A stretch of DNA of 64,000 nucleotides, taken from positions 83,228 to 147,227 of the forward strand of contig JAQUQI010000002.1 of the NCBI GenBank assembly GCA_028716165.1. The letters are read 5' to 3'. A program made the translations under genes and the position numbers. Positions 1 to 9,113 of the stretch are shown in pieces. The notes under the pieces are model-generated. The model did not search any database. It had not been told where the DNA came from and saw nothing but the letters and a program-made list of their open reading frames with translations. Every line of letters starts with the position of its first letter. The first letter of the stretch is position 1. This stretch comes from Candidatus Omnitrophota bacterium (GTDB lineage Bacteria > Omnitrophota > Gorgyraeia > JABMRG01).

Positions 1-1
1 C

Positions 2-661
2 CGGGCGGGATTTGGTATTATTAACGATAAAATTGTTGAGAACGCGGCAAGGCAGGAGATAATAAGGCGTTATTTCAGGTATTCATGCGAATACATACTC
101 GGTCTCGTGGAAAAAGACGCTGTTGAGCGCGTTGAGGCTATTATGAAAAAGCTCAAGATCAAATTATCCGACCGGCGCGTCGTGTCTTTTGCCCAGAAGG
201 CGGCGAAAGAGGCCGAGAAATCCGGCAAAGGAAACGAGGGCATCTATTGCGGGGCCGCCATAGAGCTTAAGGACGGGATCATTATTACCGGGAAAAATTC
301 ATCTCTTATGCACGCTACGTCAAGCCTTATATTGAATACGATAAAAGTGCTTGCCAAAATACCCGATAGCGTGCATCTCTTGTCTCCGGGCATAATCAAA
401 TCAATAGCCAGGCTGAAAAAGGATATATCGGATGAAAAGACGGCAAGCCTTGACCTTGAAGAGGCCTTGATAGCGCTTAGCATAAGCGCTGCGACTAATC
501 CGACCTCAAAGATCTGCATGAAACATCTTAAGGGCTTATCCGGCTGCGAGATGCATATGACGCATATACCGACTACAGGTGATGAAACAGGCCTGCGCAG
601 GCTGGGGATAAACCTTACTACCGAAGCGAATTTTTCAACTAACAGTATGTTCTTATCCTGA
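2..661 (+). CDS. 5'-truncated CDS (C-terminal ~220 aa) of a conserved hypothetical protein; family not securely recognised
   Basis: The frame is open from position 2 with no upstream stop, and the ORF track starts it at GTG 107. It runs off the window start; no diagnostic motif recognised. Confidence 0.5.
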   Translation, partial: RAGFGIINDKIVENAARQEIIRRYFRYSCEYILGLVEKDAVERVEAIMKKLKIKLSDRRVVSFAQKAAKEAEKSGKGNEGIYCGAAIELKDGIIITGKNSSLMHATSSLILNTIKVLAKIPDSVHLLSPGIIKSIARLKKDISDEKTASLDLEEALIALSISAATNPTSKICMKHLKGLSGCEMHMTHIPTTGDETGLRRLGINLTTEANFSTNSMFLS

Positions 662-678
662 CAAACGGGGGTATCAAA

Positions 679-984
679 ATGACAAGACTTGCGCCTCTTG
701 CTTTATTAACGGTTTATTTATTTTTTTCTTTTCAAAACATAATCATGGCGCAGGAAACTGACCCGGGAATATACATGCCCGAACAAGCTGCCAAAGAATA
801 CGTTTCGCGTAAATACGGATGCGATATTGACGAATTGGTTATTACGGATGTTATGATAGGCCGAAGGTCGGCGCGTGTTGACGTTTCTTATGGATATACG
901 AAAGAGCGGGTTGCTTTAAAATATAATGAATCCGAAAGCCGCTGGGAGGCGGAAGGATCGTCTTCTCCCTCCGACGGTTTCTGA
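679..984 (+). CDS. small secreted hypothetical protein (signal peptide)
   Basis: Hydrophobic N-terminus LAPLALLTVYLFFSF followed by an AQE-type cleavage context. GGGGGT RBS-like motif 7-12 nt upstream. Confidence 0.5.
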   Translation: MTRLAPLALLTVYLFFSFQNIIMAQETDPGIYMPEQAAKEYVSRKYGCDIDELVITDVMIGRRSARVDVSYGYTKERVALKYNESESRWEAEGSSSPSDGF

Positions 985-1155
985 CACTCATAAACACGCT
1001 ACGGATAAAACCCGCGGGCATTTTTCAGACGGACTGTTCGCGCGCATTTCCAAAAATAATCAGGAAAGCCTTTAACGGGTATCTGTAAAAATTCTTTGCC
1101 TGTTATCACAGCGTTTTTTATGCCGGTAAGAAAGCGGACAGGATTTGCTCTTTGC

Positions 1156-1183
1156 TTGACAAATAACGTTGTTTTGTTAAAAT
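1156..1183 (+). promoter_or_regulatory. sigma70-type promoter upstream of typA (TTGACA-16-TAAAAT)
   Basis: ttgaca at 1156-1161 and taaaat at 1178-1183 with a 16-nt spacer, ~80 nt upstream of the typA ATG. Confidence 0.45.
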
Positions 1184-1222
1184 ACAGGAATTCATGAAAT
1201 TGGCCATACGTGCAACTCATCA

Positions 1223-1249
1223 AAGGCGCTTAAATACGCCTTTTTTATT
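1223..1249 (+). promoter_or_regulatory. leader hairpin + U-tract (AAGGCG-cttaaata-CGCCTT-TTTTTATTT) 12 nt upstream of typA start; possible attenuator or upstream terminator
   Basis: Inverted repeat followed directly by a T-run, read directly from the sequence. Confidence 0.3.
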
Positions 1250-1261
1250 TATGCCGAAAAT

Positions 1262-3097
1262 ATGACTCATCAGAAAAGAAGAAAAGACATAAGAAACCTC
1301 GCTATTATAGCCCATGTTGACCATGGTAAGACCACTCTGATTGACGCCTTGCTGAAATATGCCGGCGCTTATAAGTTCAAGGAAGGTGAGTCCGCTATAA
1401 TGGATTCCAATCCTATTGAAAGAGAAAGGGGCATTACCATATTGTCTAAAAATGCCTCTCTTCAGTACAAGGGAGTCCAGTTTAATCTAGTGGATACGCC
1501 CGGCCACGCCGATTTTGGAAGCGAGGTTGAGCGCATACTGAAGATGGTTGACGGCGTCTTACTGCTTGTTGACGCCTTTGAAGGCCCGATGCCTCAAACT
1601 AAATTTGTCCTTAAAAAATCTCTTGAGCTTCACCTAAAACCCATACTTGTGATAAACAAGCTTGACCGCCCGCACGTGCGTCCTGATGAAGTAGCGGACA
1701 TGGTATTTGACCTTTTCTGCGAGCTAAATGCTACCGACGAACAACTTGATTTTCCAATAGTCTATGCCTCCGGCAAAGAAGGTTATGCCGCCCTTGACCT
1801 TGACGATCCCAGGGATTCAATGAAGCCGCTCTTGGAAATAATACTGCACAGGATATTGCCCCCTGTTGCCGATGCCGAAATGCCTTTTCAGATGCTGATA
1901 ACGATGCTTGATTACGATTCTTATATAGGCCGTATCGGCATAGGCAGGATATTCTGCGGCGCTGTCCATATAAATGACAGTATAGCGCTTGTTAAACGCG
2001 ATGGCGTGATTGAAAGAGGCAAGGTAACCAGAATAATGAAATACCGCGGCCTGGCCCGCGTTGAAGTTGAAGAGGCCTCGGCAGGCGACATTGTATTAAT
2101 TTCCGGTATTGACAATGTTGAAGTGGGAGAGACCCTGGCATGCGCGGACAATCCGCAAGCCCTGCCGGCAATCAAAATAGACGAACCTACCATATCCATG
2201 AATTTTTCTCATAATACAAGCCCGCTTGCGGGCACCGACGGCGGCAGGTTCCTGACATCAAGGCATATACGCCAACGCCTGATGCACGAAGCAATGATCA
2301 ATGTGGGCGTTAAAGTGGAGGATGTGGCAGGTACGGAAAGGCTTAAGGTTTCCGGCAGGGGGGAGCTCCATCTTGCCATACTTATTGAAACAATGCGCCG
2401 CGAGGGTTATGAAATTGAGGTATCAAAGCCGCAGGTCATCCTGAAAAAGATTGACGGCCGTATACTTGAACCCGTGGAAGAGGTGGTAATAGAAGTTGAC
2501 AGTGAATATCAGGGCGCTGTCATGCAGGCGCTCGGTTGCCGTAAGGCGCAGACGCGGGAGATAAAGATAACGTCAGCCGGAACTTGCCGCATGGAATTTA
2601 TTATCGCTTCAAGGGCGCTGGTAGGGTTTAGGAGCGATTTTTTAATGATGACACGCGGCAACGGCGTGATGTATCAGAATTTTTTTGAATATCAACCTTA
2701 TAAAGGGGAATTACCGTTTCGCCAAAACGGTGTTCTTATTTCCCAGAACTCCGGAAATGCCGTCGCTTACGCTATTTTTAACCTTCAAGACCGCGGTGAG
2801 ATATTTATACGCCCGGGAGACAGGATATATGAAGGTATGATAGTAGGCGTGAATAATAAAGGCGTTGATCTGGTAGTAAACGCCCTGCGCGAAAAAAAAC
2901 TGACCAATATGCGCGCGTCAGGAAGCGATGAAGCGATAGCCCTTACCCCTCCGAGGCAGATAAGCCTTGAATTTGCCCTTGAGTTTATTGAAGATGACGA
3001 GCTGGTTGAGATTACCCCGAAGTCTATAAGGATCAGAAAAATTCATTTGAGCGAAACCGACCGCAAAAGGGCCGGCCGCGCGGCGCAGATAAATTAG
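1262..3097 (+). CDS. typA: translational GTPase TypA/BipA
   Basis: 611 aa. G1-G4 motifs [26 protein letters not shown]-like domain order with a BipA-type C-terminus. Confidence 0.95.
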   Translation: MTHQKRRKDIRNLAIIAHVDHGKTTLIDALLKYAGAYKFKEGESAIMDSNPIERERGITILSKNASLQYKGVQFNLVDTPGHADFGSEVERILKMVDGVLLLVDAFEGPMPQTKFVLKKSLELHLKPILVINKLDRPHVRPDEVADMVFDLFCELNATDEQLDFPIVYASGKEGYAALDLDDPRDSMKPLLEIILHRILPPVADAEMPFQMLITMLDYDSYIGRIGIGRIFCGAVHINDSIALVKRDGVIERGKVTRIMKYRGLARVEVEEASAGDIVLISGIDNVEVGETLACADNPQALPAIKIDEPTISMNFSHNTSPLAGTDGGRFLTSRHIRQRLMHEAMINVGVKVEDVAGTERLKVSGRGELHLAILIETMRREGYEIEVSKPQVILKKIDGRILEPVEEVVIEVDSEYQGAVMQALGCRKAQTREIKITSAGTCRMEFIIASRALVGFRSDFLMMTRGNGVMYQNFFEYQPYKGELPFRQNGVLISQNSGNAVAYAIFNLQDRGEIFIRPGDRIYEGMIVGVNNKGVDLVVNALREKKLTNMRASGSDEAIALTPPRQISLEFALEFIEDDELVEITPKSIRIRKIHLSETDRKRAGRAAQIN

Positions 3098-3114
3098 TTT
3101 TTTTTGTCATTTTA

Positions 3115-4074
3115 TTGTATAATGTTTATATGATTATTTTATATTTATATGTAATATTTACGTTTTTAAGCCCGCACGCGGCCCCTGCCCAAGCGCAAGG
3201 CATTATCAGCTCTATGCGTGCCATAGGCCTTGAAAGGTTATTGAGGCCGGTATCAGCCGCTTTAGCGCGCGGCGTTGAAGATCTGGCCGGCGCAAGTGAG
3301 CTGCCATCAGTTTTTGTCTCTCCGGCCGTTACAATAGAACGCAATCCCTTATTGGAAGTATTAGCCATACTGGAAGAGCATTTTTATGATACAAGTGGGT
3401 GCGTAACGGTCCAGGATGTCCGTCGGTTTTGGCATGTTGACGGACGCGGCCTGCGGTATGTGGCGGCAGATATCAGGACAGCGCTTAGACTGCTGGAACA
3501 ACTGGGCATATTATCCAGGCCCTTATCCGGCGCCGGTTTCCTCTTTACCCATAGTCCTTATAAACAACTGAACGAATTTGAACGGGATAGCCTCAAACGA
3601 AAACTTGCCGCCGCTCAAAAACACAGCGGTATATTATACGATAACGCGGGATACGGCACATATATAGCCCGGCAGCTTAGTTTCTATTTTAAGCTATTCC
3701 CATCGGATTCAAAAGAAGAATTTATGTTCAATATCATATGCAGTGTGATATGCGACAAAGAGAAATTTGACCGCTTTGTCATGATGTTTGTCCGCGCGCG
3801 CAACGAATTTGAACTGGATAATATAGTCCAATTTGCCCGGGATTCAAAAGCCGATATAGGCATTCTGATATTGCGTTATATATTCAGTAATTTTGACACA
3901 GACGATGAAATTGTTGAAGGCCTGGACCGGTTGGTGCGGATGCCGGGCAACCAGGGCGCGGGTATTAGGGATTATCTTATTGAGCGCCTGGCCAAAGACG
4001 CGAATTCAAAAAACGCGCGCGCGTTACCGCGGCAAAATATTTCAATCCTGAAAATGTTACAAAGCCTGGCCTGA
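3115..4074 (+). CDS. hypothetical protein (start uncertain; the first ~25 codons are AT-rich and may be non-coding, with an alternative start near 3214)
   Basis: 319-aa ORF with coding-like composition after residue ~30; no recognised domain. Confidence 0.5.
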   Translation: MYNVYMIILYLYVIFTFLSPHAAPAQAQGIISSMRAIGLERLLRPVSAALARGVEDLAGASELPSVFVSPAVTIERNPLLEVLAILEEHFYDTSGCVTVQDVRRFWHVDGRGLRYVAADIRTALRLLEQLGILSRPLSGAGFLFTHSPYKQLNEFERDSLKRKLAAAQKHSGILYDNAGYGTYIARQLSFYFKLFPSDSKEEFMFNIICSVICDKEKFDRFVMMFVRARNEFELDNIVQFARDSKADIGILILRYIFSNFDTDDEIVEGLDRLVRMPGNQGAGIRDYLIERLAKDANSKNARALPRQNISILKMLQSLA

Positions 4075-4138
4075 ATAAATAATAGATGTTTTAAAAATCA
4101 TAATGCGCACTGCCCCAGGATTGAGATTGCAAGGCATG

Positions 4139-5218
4139 TCACCTTTTTAACCACTTTATATCATAATCATTCTTAAGCCTGTCAAGAATTTCTATAATTT
4201 CATTAAAACTGTTTGCGGATGATATAGCCTCGCGGGCTCTTTTGGAGTAAGGCAGGCCCTTGGAATACCACATAGCCACTTTGCGCAGGTGGCCGATATA
4301 GTATTTTTCAGGGGCAGGGCCGGAGGAAACGGACCCTTTGTTTTTACTTTGGCACTTATTAGCGGGAATGGGGTGTTGATGCCGCTTGTCTCTATCTTTC
4401 CAGCCCTTAAAGATTTGGAGGTGTTTTTTTGCCGTATCCACTATCATTTCATAAGAGACAGGTTCCGGAGGCGAGGAAGGGTTTTTAAGAAACATTTCCG
4501 TTTGATCAAAGATCCATGGAGCGCCGAAGGCGCCTCTTGCTATCAATACGCCGTCACAGCCGGTTTTATCTAACATATTCTTTGCCAACTCGGCAGAAAA
4601 TACGTCACCGCTTCCAAGGAGAGGCACTTTTAAGGCTTCTTTGGCCTGTTTTATTGCCTCATAATTGACCCTTCCGGAATAACCCTGCCGCATGCTTCTG
4701 CCATGGAAAAATACCGCGCTTACGCCATTATCTTCACATATCCTTGATAACAGGATACCTTCTTTGCCGTCGTTTGTATTATAGCCTGCCCTTACCTTGA
4801 CTGTGACAGGAAGATGAAGAGAAGAGGACAGTTTCTTGACTATTTTGCCCGCCTGTTTGGGATTTTCAAGAAGAGCGGATCCGCACTTTTTTTTAAGGAC
4901 TTTTTTGGCAGGGCAGGCGAAGTTTAAATCAATTATTTTAGGTTTTGAATGGGCTAAAATTATGTTTGCAGCTTCAAGGCATCGGTCTGGGTCTGAGCCT
5001 AGAATCTGGGCGCCAATTGGAGAATCTTTTTTATCGGATTCAAGCATTTCAAGTGTTTTTTTGTGGCCATAGGTTAAACCATGAGCATCAAGCATTTCAT
5101 AAAAGGCAAACTTGCAGTCATGAGCCCGGCATATTGTTCTAAAGGGCAGGTCTGTACAGCCTGATAACGGGGCTAAGATGAGTTTTGATTTTAGGGTGTA
5201 GGAGCCAATTTTTAACAT
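4139..5218 (-). CDS. dusB: tRNA-dihydrouridine synthase (DusB-like) with a lysine/basic-rich C-terminal extension
   Basis: LILAPLSGCTDLPFR N-terminus and DLNFACP, FFHGR, GSGDV motifs of the Dus TIM barrel. About 60 extra C-terminal residues (KDRDKRHQHPIPANKCQSKNKGS...). Confidence 0.85.
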   Translation of the reverse strand: MLKIGSYTLKSKLILAPLSGCTDLPFRTICRAHDCKFAFYEMLDAHGLTYGHKKTLEMLESDKKDSPIGAQILGSDPDRCLEAANIILAHSKPKIIDLNFACPAKKVLKKKCGSALLENPKQAGKIVKKLSSSLHLPVTVKVRAGYNTNDGKEGILLSRICEDNGVSAVFFHGRSMRQGYSGRVNYEAIKQAKEALKVPLLGSGDVFSAELAKNMLDKTGCDGVLIARGAFGAPWIFDQTEMFLKNPSSPPEPVSYEMIVDTAKKHLQIFKGWKDRDKRHQHPIPANKCQSKNKGSVSSGPAPEKYYIGHLRKVAMWYSKGLPYSKRAREAISSANSFNEIIEILDRLKNDYDIKWLKR

Positions 5219-5277
5219 GGGATGATTATAGCAAAAGCCTGGTAAATGTCAAAGGGTTAAGTTGGATGATATTTTTA

Positions 5278-5306
5278 TTGACAGGTGAACAATCGTTTAC
5301 TATAAT
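5278..5306 (+). promoter_or_regulatory. near-consensus sigma70 promoter (TTGACA-17-TATAAT) of lexA with a Cheo-type LexA box (GAACaatcGTTT, 5287-5298) inside the spacer
   Basis: ttgaca 5278-5283 and tataat 5301-5306 with a 17-nt spacer. The spacer contains GAAC-N4-GTTT, 7/8 match to the GAAC-N4-GTTC SOS box. lexA ATG at 5316. Confidence 0.6.
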
Positions 5307-5315
5307 GTATCTGCT

Positions 5316-5897
5316 ATGGAAAAAGAAAAACTGCTGTTACATTTAGAGAAGATAAAGACATTTTATTTTAAGAAAAAACGCATGCCATCGTATTCTGAGA
5401 TGCTTGGTGTTTTTAATCTGAGTTCAAAGAATGCTGTTTTCAAAAGAGTCCAAACGCTTATAAATGCAGGATTCCTGGAAAAAGATAACAGGGGTAAACT
5501 GATTCCAAAAAGGCCAATGATAGCAGTGCCTTTACTCGGCTCTATACAGGCAGGGTTTCCAAGCCCTGCTGAAGAAGAATTACAAGACGTTGTAAGCCTT
5601 GATGAATATCTTATATCAAATCCCAATGCAACTTTTTTAGTAAAAGTACAGGGTGATTCCATGTTAGATGCAGGCATCCACCAGGATGACCTTGTGCTTA
5701 TCCAGAAAAACCTTCAGCCAAAAGACGGCGATATTGTTATCGCGCAGGTTGACGGCGAATGGACATTAAAGTATTTTAAGCAGAAAGACAAAAAGGTCTA
5801 TTTGCAGGCGGCAAATCAAAAATACCCTACCATAATACCCAGGCAAGAACTTTCTATAGCCGGGGTAGTTATCGCAAATATAAGAAAATATAAATAA
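5316..5897 (+). CDS. lexA: LexA-family SOS repressor (winged-HTH N-terminus + S24 peptidase)
   Basis: Ala-Gly cleavage site in IQAGFP. S24 motifs VQGDSM (Ser) and a downstream Lys. 193 aa. Confidence 0.85.
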   Translation: MEKEKLLLHLEKIKTFYFKKKRMPSYSEMLGVFNLSSKNAVFKRVQTLINAGFLEKDNRGKLIPKRPMIAVPLLGSIQAGFPSPAEEELQDVVSLDEYLISNPNATFLVKVQGDSMLDAGIHQDDLVLIQKNLQPKDGDIVIAQVDGEWTLKYFKQKDKKVYLQAANQKYPTIIPRQELSIAGVVIANIRKYK

Positions 5898-5901
5898 AAA
5901 C

Positions 5902-7215
5902 GTGGCTGAATTCATAACCCTTGAAAGTTATCCAAAAGCCATATTGCACGTAGATTGTGATGCCTTTTTTGCATCATGCGAACAGGCCAGAAACCCATCC
6001 CTAAAGGGAAAATCCGTGATAACAGGAAAGGAGAGGGGTATAGTCTCCTGCGCTAGCTATGAGGCAAAAGCCAGGGGTGTTTCAAGGGGTATTCGCTTGC
6101 ATGAGGTCAAAAACATCATACCTGATGCTGTTATAATACCCAGCGATTATGAACTTTACAGCATTTATTCTGAAAGGATGTTTGCTATTTTAAGAGAGTT
6201 TAGCCCTGATGTTGAGGAATATTCTATTGATGAGGCTTTTTGTGACATTACTGGTATGAGGCGTTTGTATCATACCAGTTATGAAAATATAGCCCTTTTG
6301 ATCCAAAAAAAGGTGCAAAAAGATCTTGATATTACTGTTTCTATAGGCCTTAGTACTTCAAAGACCCTGGCAAAGATATGCTCTGGCTATAATAAACCTT
6401 GCGGTTTTGTGGCATTGCCCGGCCATGAAATTGCTAATTTCCTAAAAGAAATACCGCTTTTAGAGGTCTGTGGTTTTGGCCATAATACGGTTGAACTTTT
6501 AAGCCGTTATGGGCTTAAGAATGTCTTTGATTTTATAGACAAACCCCTAAATTTTGCAGAGAGCGTTTTAGGTAAGATTGGCAGGGAATTATGGTGTGAA
6601 TTAAGGGGCCATTATGTCTATCAAATTAGCACCCAAAAAAAGGAAAAATACCTGTCTATTAGCAAGACAAAGACCTTTTCACCGGCATCTAAAAATAAGG
6701 GGTTTATCAGGGCCCAGATCACCAGAAATCTTGAGTCCGCCTGTATCAAGTTAAGGCGCCATGGGCTTATTGCAAGGCGTCTTCTGGTATTCCTTAAAAC
6801 AGAGGATTTTGAGGGATTTGGTTTGCATGTAACTCTTACCCGGCATACATCATCAACCATGGAATTTGCTATTGCTTTAGCGGGTATTTTTGACCAGTTA
6901 TGCCAGGATTTTAGCTATAGGGCATCTGGAGTAGTCTTATTAGATATCCTGCCTGAAGGCCAGTGTCAAAGGGACCTTTTTGATGACCCTATAAGGGTAG
7001 AGAAGGTAGAAAAGGCCTCAAAAATAATTGATGAAATTGCCCTAAAATATGGCAAGCATAAGCTGCATCTGGCATCATCAGATCCTCTAAGCAAAGGCCC
7101 TAAAAAACACCCCAGAAACAGCCCGTCCTGGCGTCAAAAAAACCTGGTAAAAGGAGAAACCCAAAGGCTGCGGCTTAATATTCCGCTTTTAAATCTGGGC
7201 CAAATTAACCCCTAA
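5902..7215 (+). CDS. Y-family translesion DNA polymerase (UmuC/DinB-like), co-operonic with lexA
   Basis: HVDCDAFFASCEQ catalytic motif and SYEAKARGV. 437 aa. Starts 5 nt after the lexA stop. Confidence 0.85.
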   Translation: MAEFITLESYPKAILHVDCDAFFASCEQARNPSLKGKSVITGKERGIVSCASYEAKARGVSRGIRLHEVKNIIPDAVIIPSDYELYSIYSERMFAILREFSPDVEEYSIDEAFCDITGMRRLYHTSYENIALLIQKKVQKDLDITVSIGLSTSKTLAKICSGYNKPCGFVALPGHEIANFLKEIPLLEVCGFGHNTVELLSRYGLKNVFDFIDKPLNFAESVLGKIGRELWCELRGHYVYQISTQKKEKYLSISKTKTFSPASKNKGFIRAQITRNLESACIKLRRHGLIARRLLVFLKTEDFEGFGLHVTLTRHTSSTMEFAIALAGIFDQLCQDFSYRASGVVLLDILPEGQCQRDLFDDPIRVEKVEKASKIIDEIALKYGKHKLHLASSDPLSKGPKKHPRNSPSWRQKNLVKGETQRLRLNIPLLNLGQINP

Positions 7216-7620
7216 AAAACCTCCAAGACACCCCCAAAATCGTAAAAAAAAAATATCCACAAAAACTCTGATGTTTTATATGTATTTGAGCATAAAAAAA
7301 GAAAAATGAATTTTACTCATTTTTATGCCCAATGATAAAAGATTAGGTAGTATCTGATAGTATTTGAGCTGTTTTAAAGGACTTTAGGAGGATTCCTTAT
7401 GTATTATCCACAGCCAATATGTATAAGCTTATAACTTATGGCATATAATGACTTGCGATAGGGTTTGCCATATTGCATAGTTAACATAAGATATATTATA
7501 GGACATTGAGATTAGGTTTAGAATAGCGCCTTTATGGCTTAAACATGCCTATTGAACTGTTTATGATTGGTTATTATCAGATATTTATTGATTGATATTA
7601 TATTGCAATGCCGGGCCTGG

Positions 7621-7926
7621 CTATCCAATTTTTACCTTACCGCCTTCAATTCTTATGATCTTGCCATTGACTATCGCGTCAGCGATTTTATTTCTGGCGT
7701 TTCTTAATATTCTTTCAAAGGTTTGACGCGATATGCCCATGATCTTTCCGCATGCGGCATGCGGCATTGCCTTGTAATCAGCCAGTCTTATTGATTCATA
7801 TTGGTCTATGGCAAGTTCTATCTCATTTGGCCTGCCGGCCTTACCACGCGGGCTGAATTGACTTATCGTTGGGCATGCCTTTATGTATCTTGTTTTTGAC
7901 GGCCTTCCCGCCTTTTTTGCCGGCAT
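7621..7926 (-). CDS. DUF134/UPF0251-family putative DNA-binding protein
   Basis: Basic PAKKAGRPSK N-terminus. ESIRLADYKAMPHAACGKIMGISRQTFERILRNARNKIADAIVNGKIIRIEGG matches the DUF134 sigma70-region-4-like core ending ...NGKAIRIEGG. Confidence 0.6.
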   Translation of the reverse strand: MPAKKAGRPSKTRYIKACPTISQFSPRGKAGRPNEIELAIDQYESIRLADYKAMPHAACGKIMGISRQTFERILRNARNKIADAIVNGKIIRIEGGKVKIG

Positions 7927-8011
7927 TTAAACCCCTATTTATTTTGAGCATATGCCCATTATTAATATATCTTTACCAGCCTCTATACGATTGTCTTTTC
8001 CGGGCCACTTC

Positions 8012-8425
8012 TTAACGGATAATGATCGTTATATCCTTTGCTTCCTGGCAGGATTTGTCCCTTTCCCAGGGCCTGGCGTATTCAAGGGATATACTTGTCT
8101 TGCCGGGTTTTATTGCTTTAAATACCCATTCCTGCCTGCCGCCTGCTCCCATAAGCCGGCCTGTGCCGGTTCCTATATAGCGCGAGTCAACAAGTTCTAA
8201 AAAATGCGCGTCTATTTCTTTGGCAAACTGCCAGCTGAAACCTGTAGTGGGATTGGAATTAAGCGTTACAGTAAATTTTTCACCGCGTCTGACTGTTATA
8301 ATATCGGATATATCGTGATTCTTGATACCCATTGCCGCGGCCTGCCCGGTAATGGAAAAAAGCCATAATGCTGTAAGCGCGGTTATATGAATTTTGTTTA
8401 TGTTTATTTTCATTTTCATGCCCAA
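8012..8425 (-). CDS. secreted chagasin-family cysteine-peptidase inhibitor (ICP, MEROPS I42)
   Basis: Signal peptide, then the three chagasin loop motifs NPTTGFSW, GAGG and RPW in the correct order. 137 aa. Confidence 0.7.
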   Translation of the reverse strand: MGMKMKININKIHITALTALWLFSITGQAAAMGIKNHDISDIITVRRGEKFTVTLNSNPTTGFSWQFAKEIDAHFLELVDSRYIGTGTGRLMGAGGRQEWVFKAIKPGKTSISLEYARPWERDKSCQEAKDITIIIR

Positions 8426-8434
8426 TTTAAATCT

Positions 8435-9073
8435 TTAAGCCGCTTGCGGATTAGGCGTCTCCGGAGGGGTTTCGATAAGTGATAGCGCGAGCCCGATTTT
8501 TTCAAGAGCGATTTTTGCCGCAATATTGATATTAAACATCTTGCCGCCCAAGCCGGTGCCTTGGGCCAGCACCCTTATGGAAAAATCAGTCATACTGGAC
8601 GGGTGATAGCCTGACTCTATTAGTTTCAGGCATTGTTTGTATGTTTCAGGATATGTATTTTTTATGACCTTGCATGAGCCGTATATATACTTGTTATTTT
8701 TATCTTTTGTGGTAAAAAACCCAAAGAGCCTGCATACCAATGGCCTTAATTGATATATGCCGCAGCTTCCATTTTGGCTTATTTTGGGGTCTTTTTTAAA
8801 GAAAACACAAACATTGTCTTGCCTTGCTGATAATAACGATAGGGTTTCATCGGCTTTGCCGTTTGCCCAAAGCCAGGCTGATATAGGAAGCATCTCCAAT
8901 ACCGTGGTCTCTATTTTCATACTGTTACAGCAAAATCCGCATCCCCGGGGGCAGTGTATGCCGGTTATTTTTACGAACTCATTTATCTTAGCGTCAACGG
9001 CGGCAAAAAGCCCCAAGACTTCATTGATGCCGTATTTATAACTGTCAGGTAGTTTTTGAATAATGTTATTCAT
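8435..9073 (-). CDS. YkgJ-family Fe-S/zinc cluster protein (CxxCxxCC, UPF0153)
   Basis: CPRGCGFCC motif and a second cysteine group GSCGIYQLRPLVCRLF. Confidence 0.7.
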   Translation of the reverse strand: MNNIIQKLPDSYKYGINEVLGLFAAVDAKINEFVKITGIHCPRGCGFCCNSMKIETTVLEMLPISAWLWANGKADETLSLLSARQDNVCVFFKKDPKISQNGSCGIYQLRPLVCRLFGFFTTKDKNNKYIYGSCKVIKNTYPETYKQCLKLIESGYHPSSMTDFSIRVLAQGTGLGGKMFNINIAAKIALEKIGLALSLIETPPETPNPQAA

Positions 9074-9113
9074 GTTTTTTAAAAGAAATCCTGACTTTTA
9101 TCAAAGCAGACGG

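Noticed and set aside
107-661. ORF-track start (GTG 107) for the first gene
   Set aside because: The same frame is open back to position 2 with no stop, so the gene most likely starts upstream of the window. Annotated as 5'-truncated instead.
3098-3114. T8 run immediately after the typA stop as a rho-independent terminator
   Set aside because: The upstream GC-rich segment does not form a convincing stem-loop, and the next plus-strand ORF begins only 18 nt later. Left uncalled.
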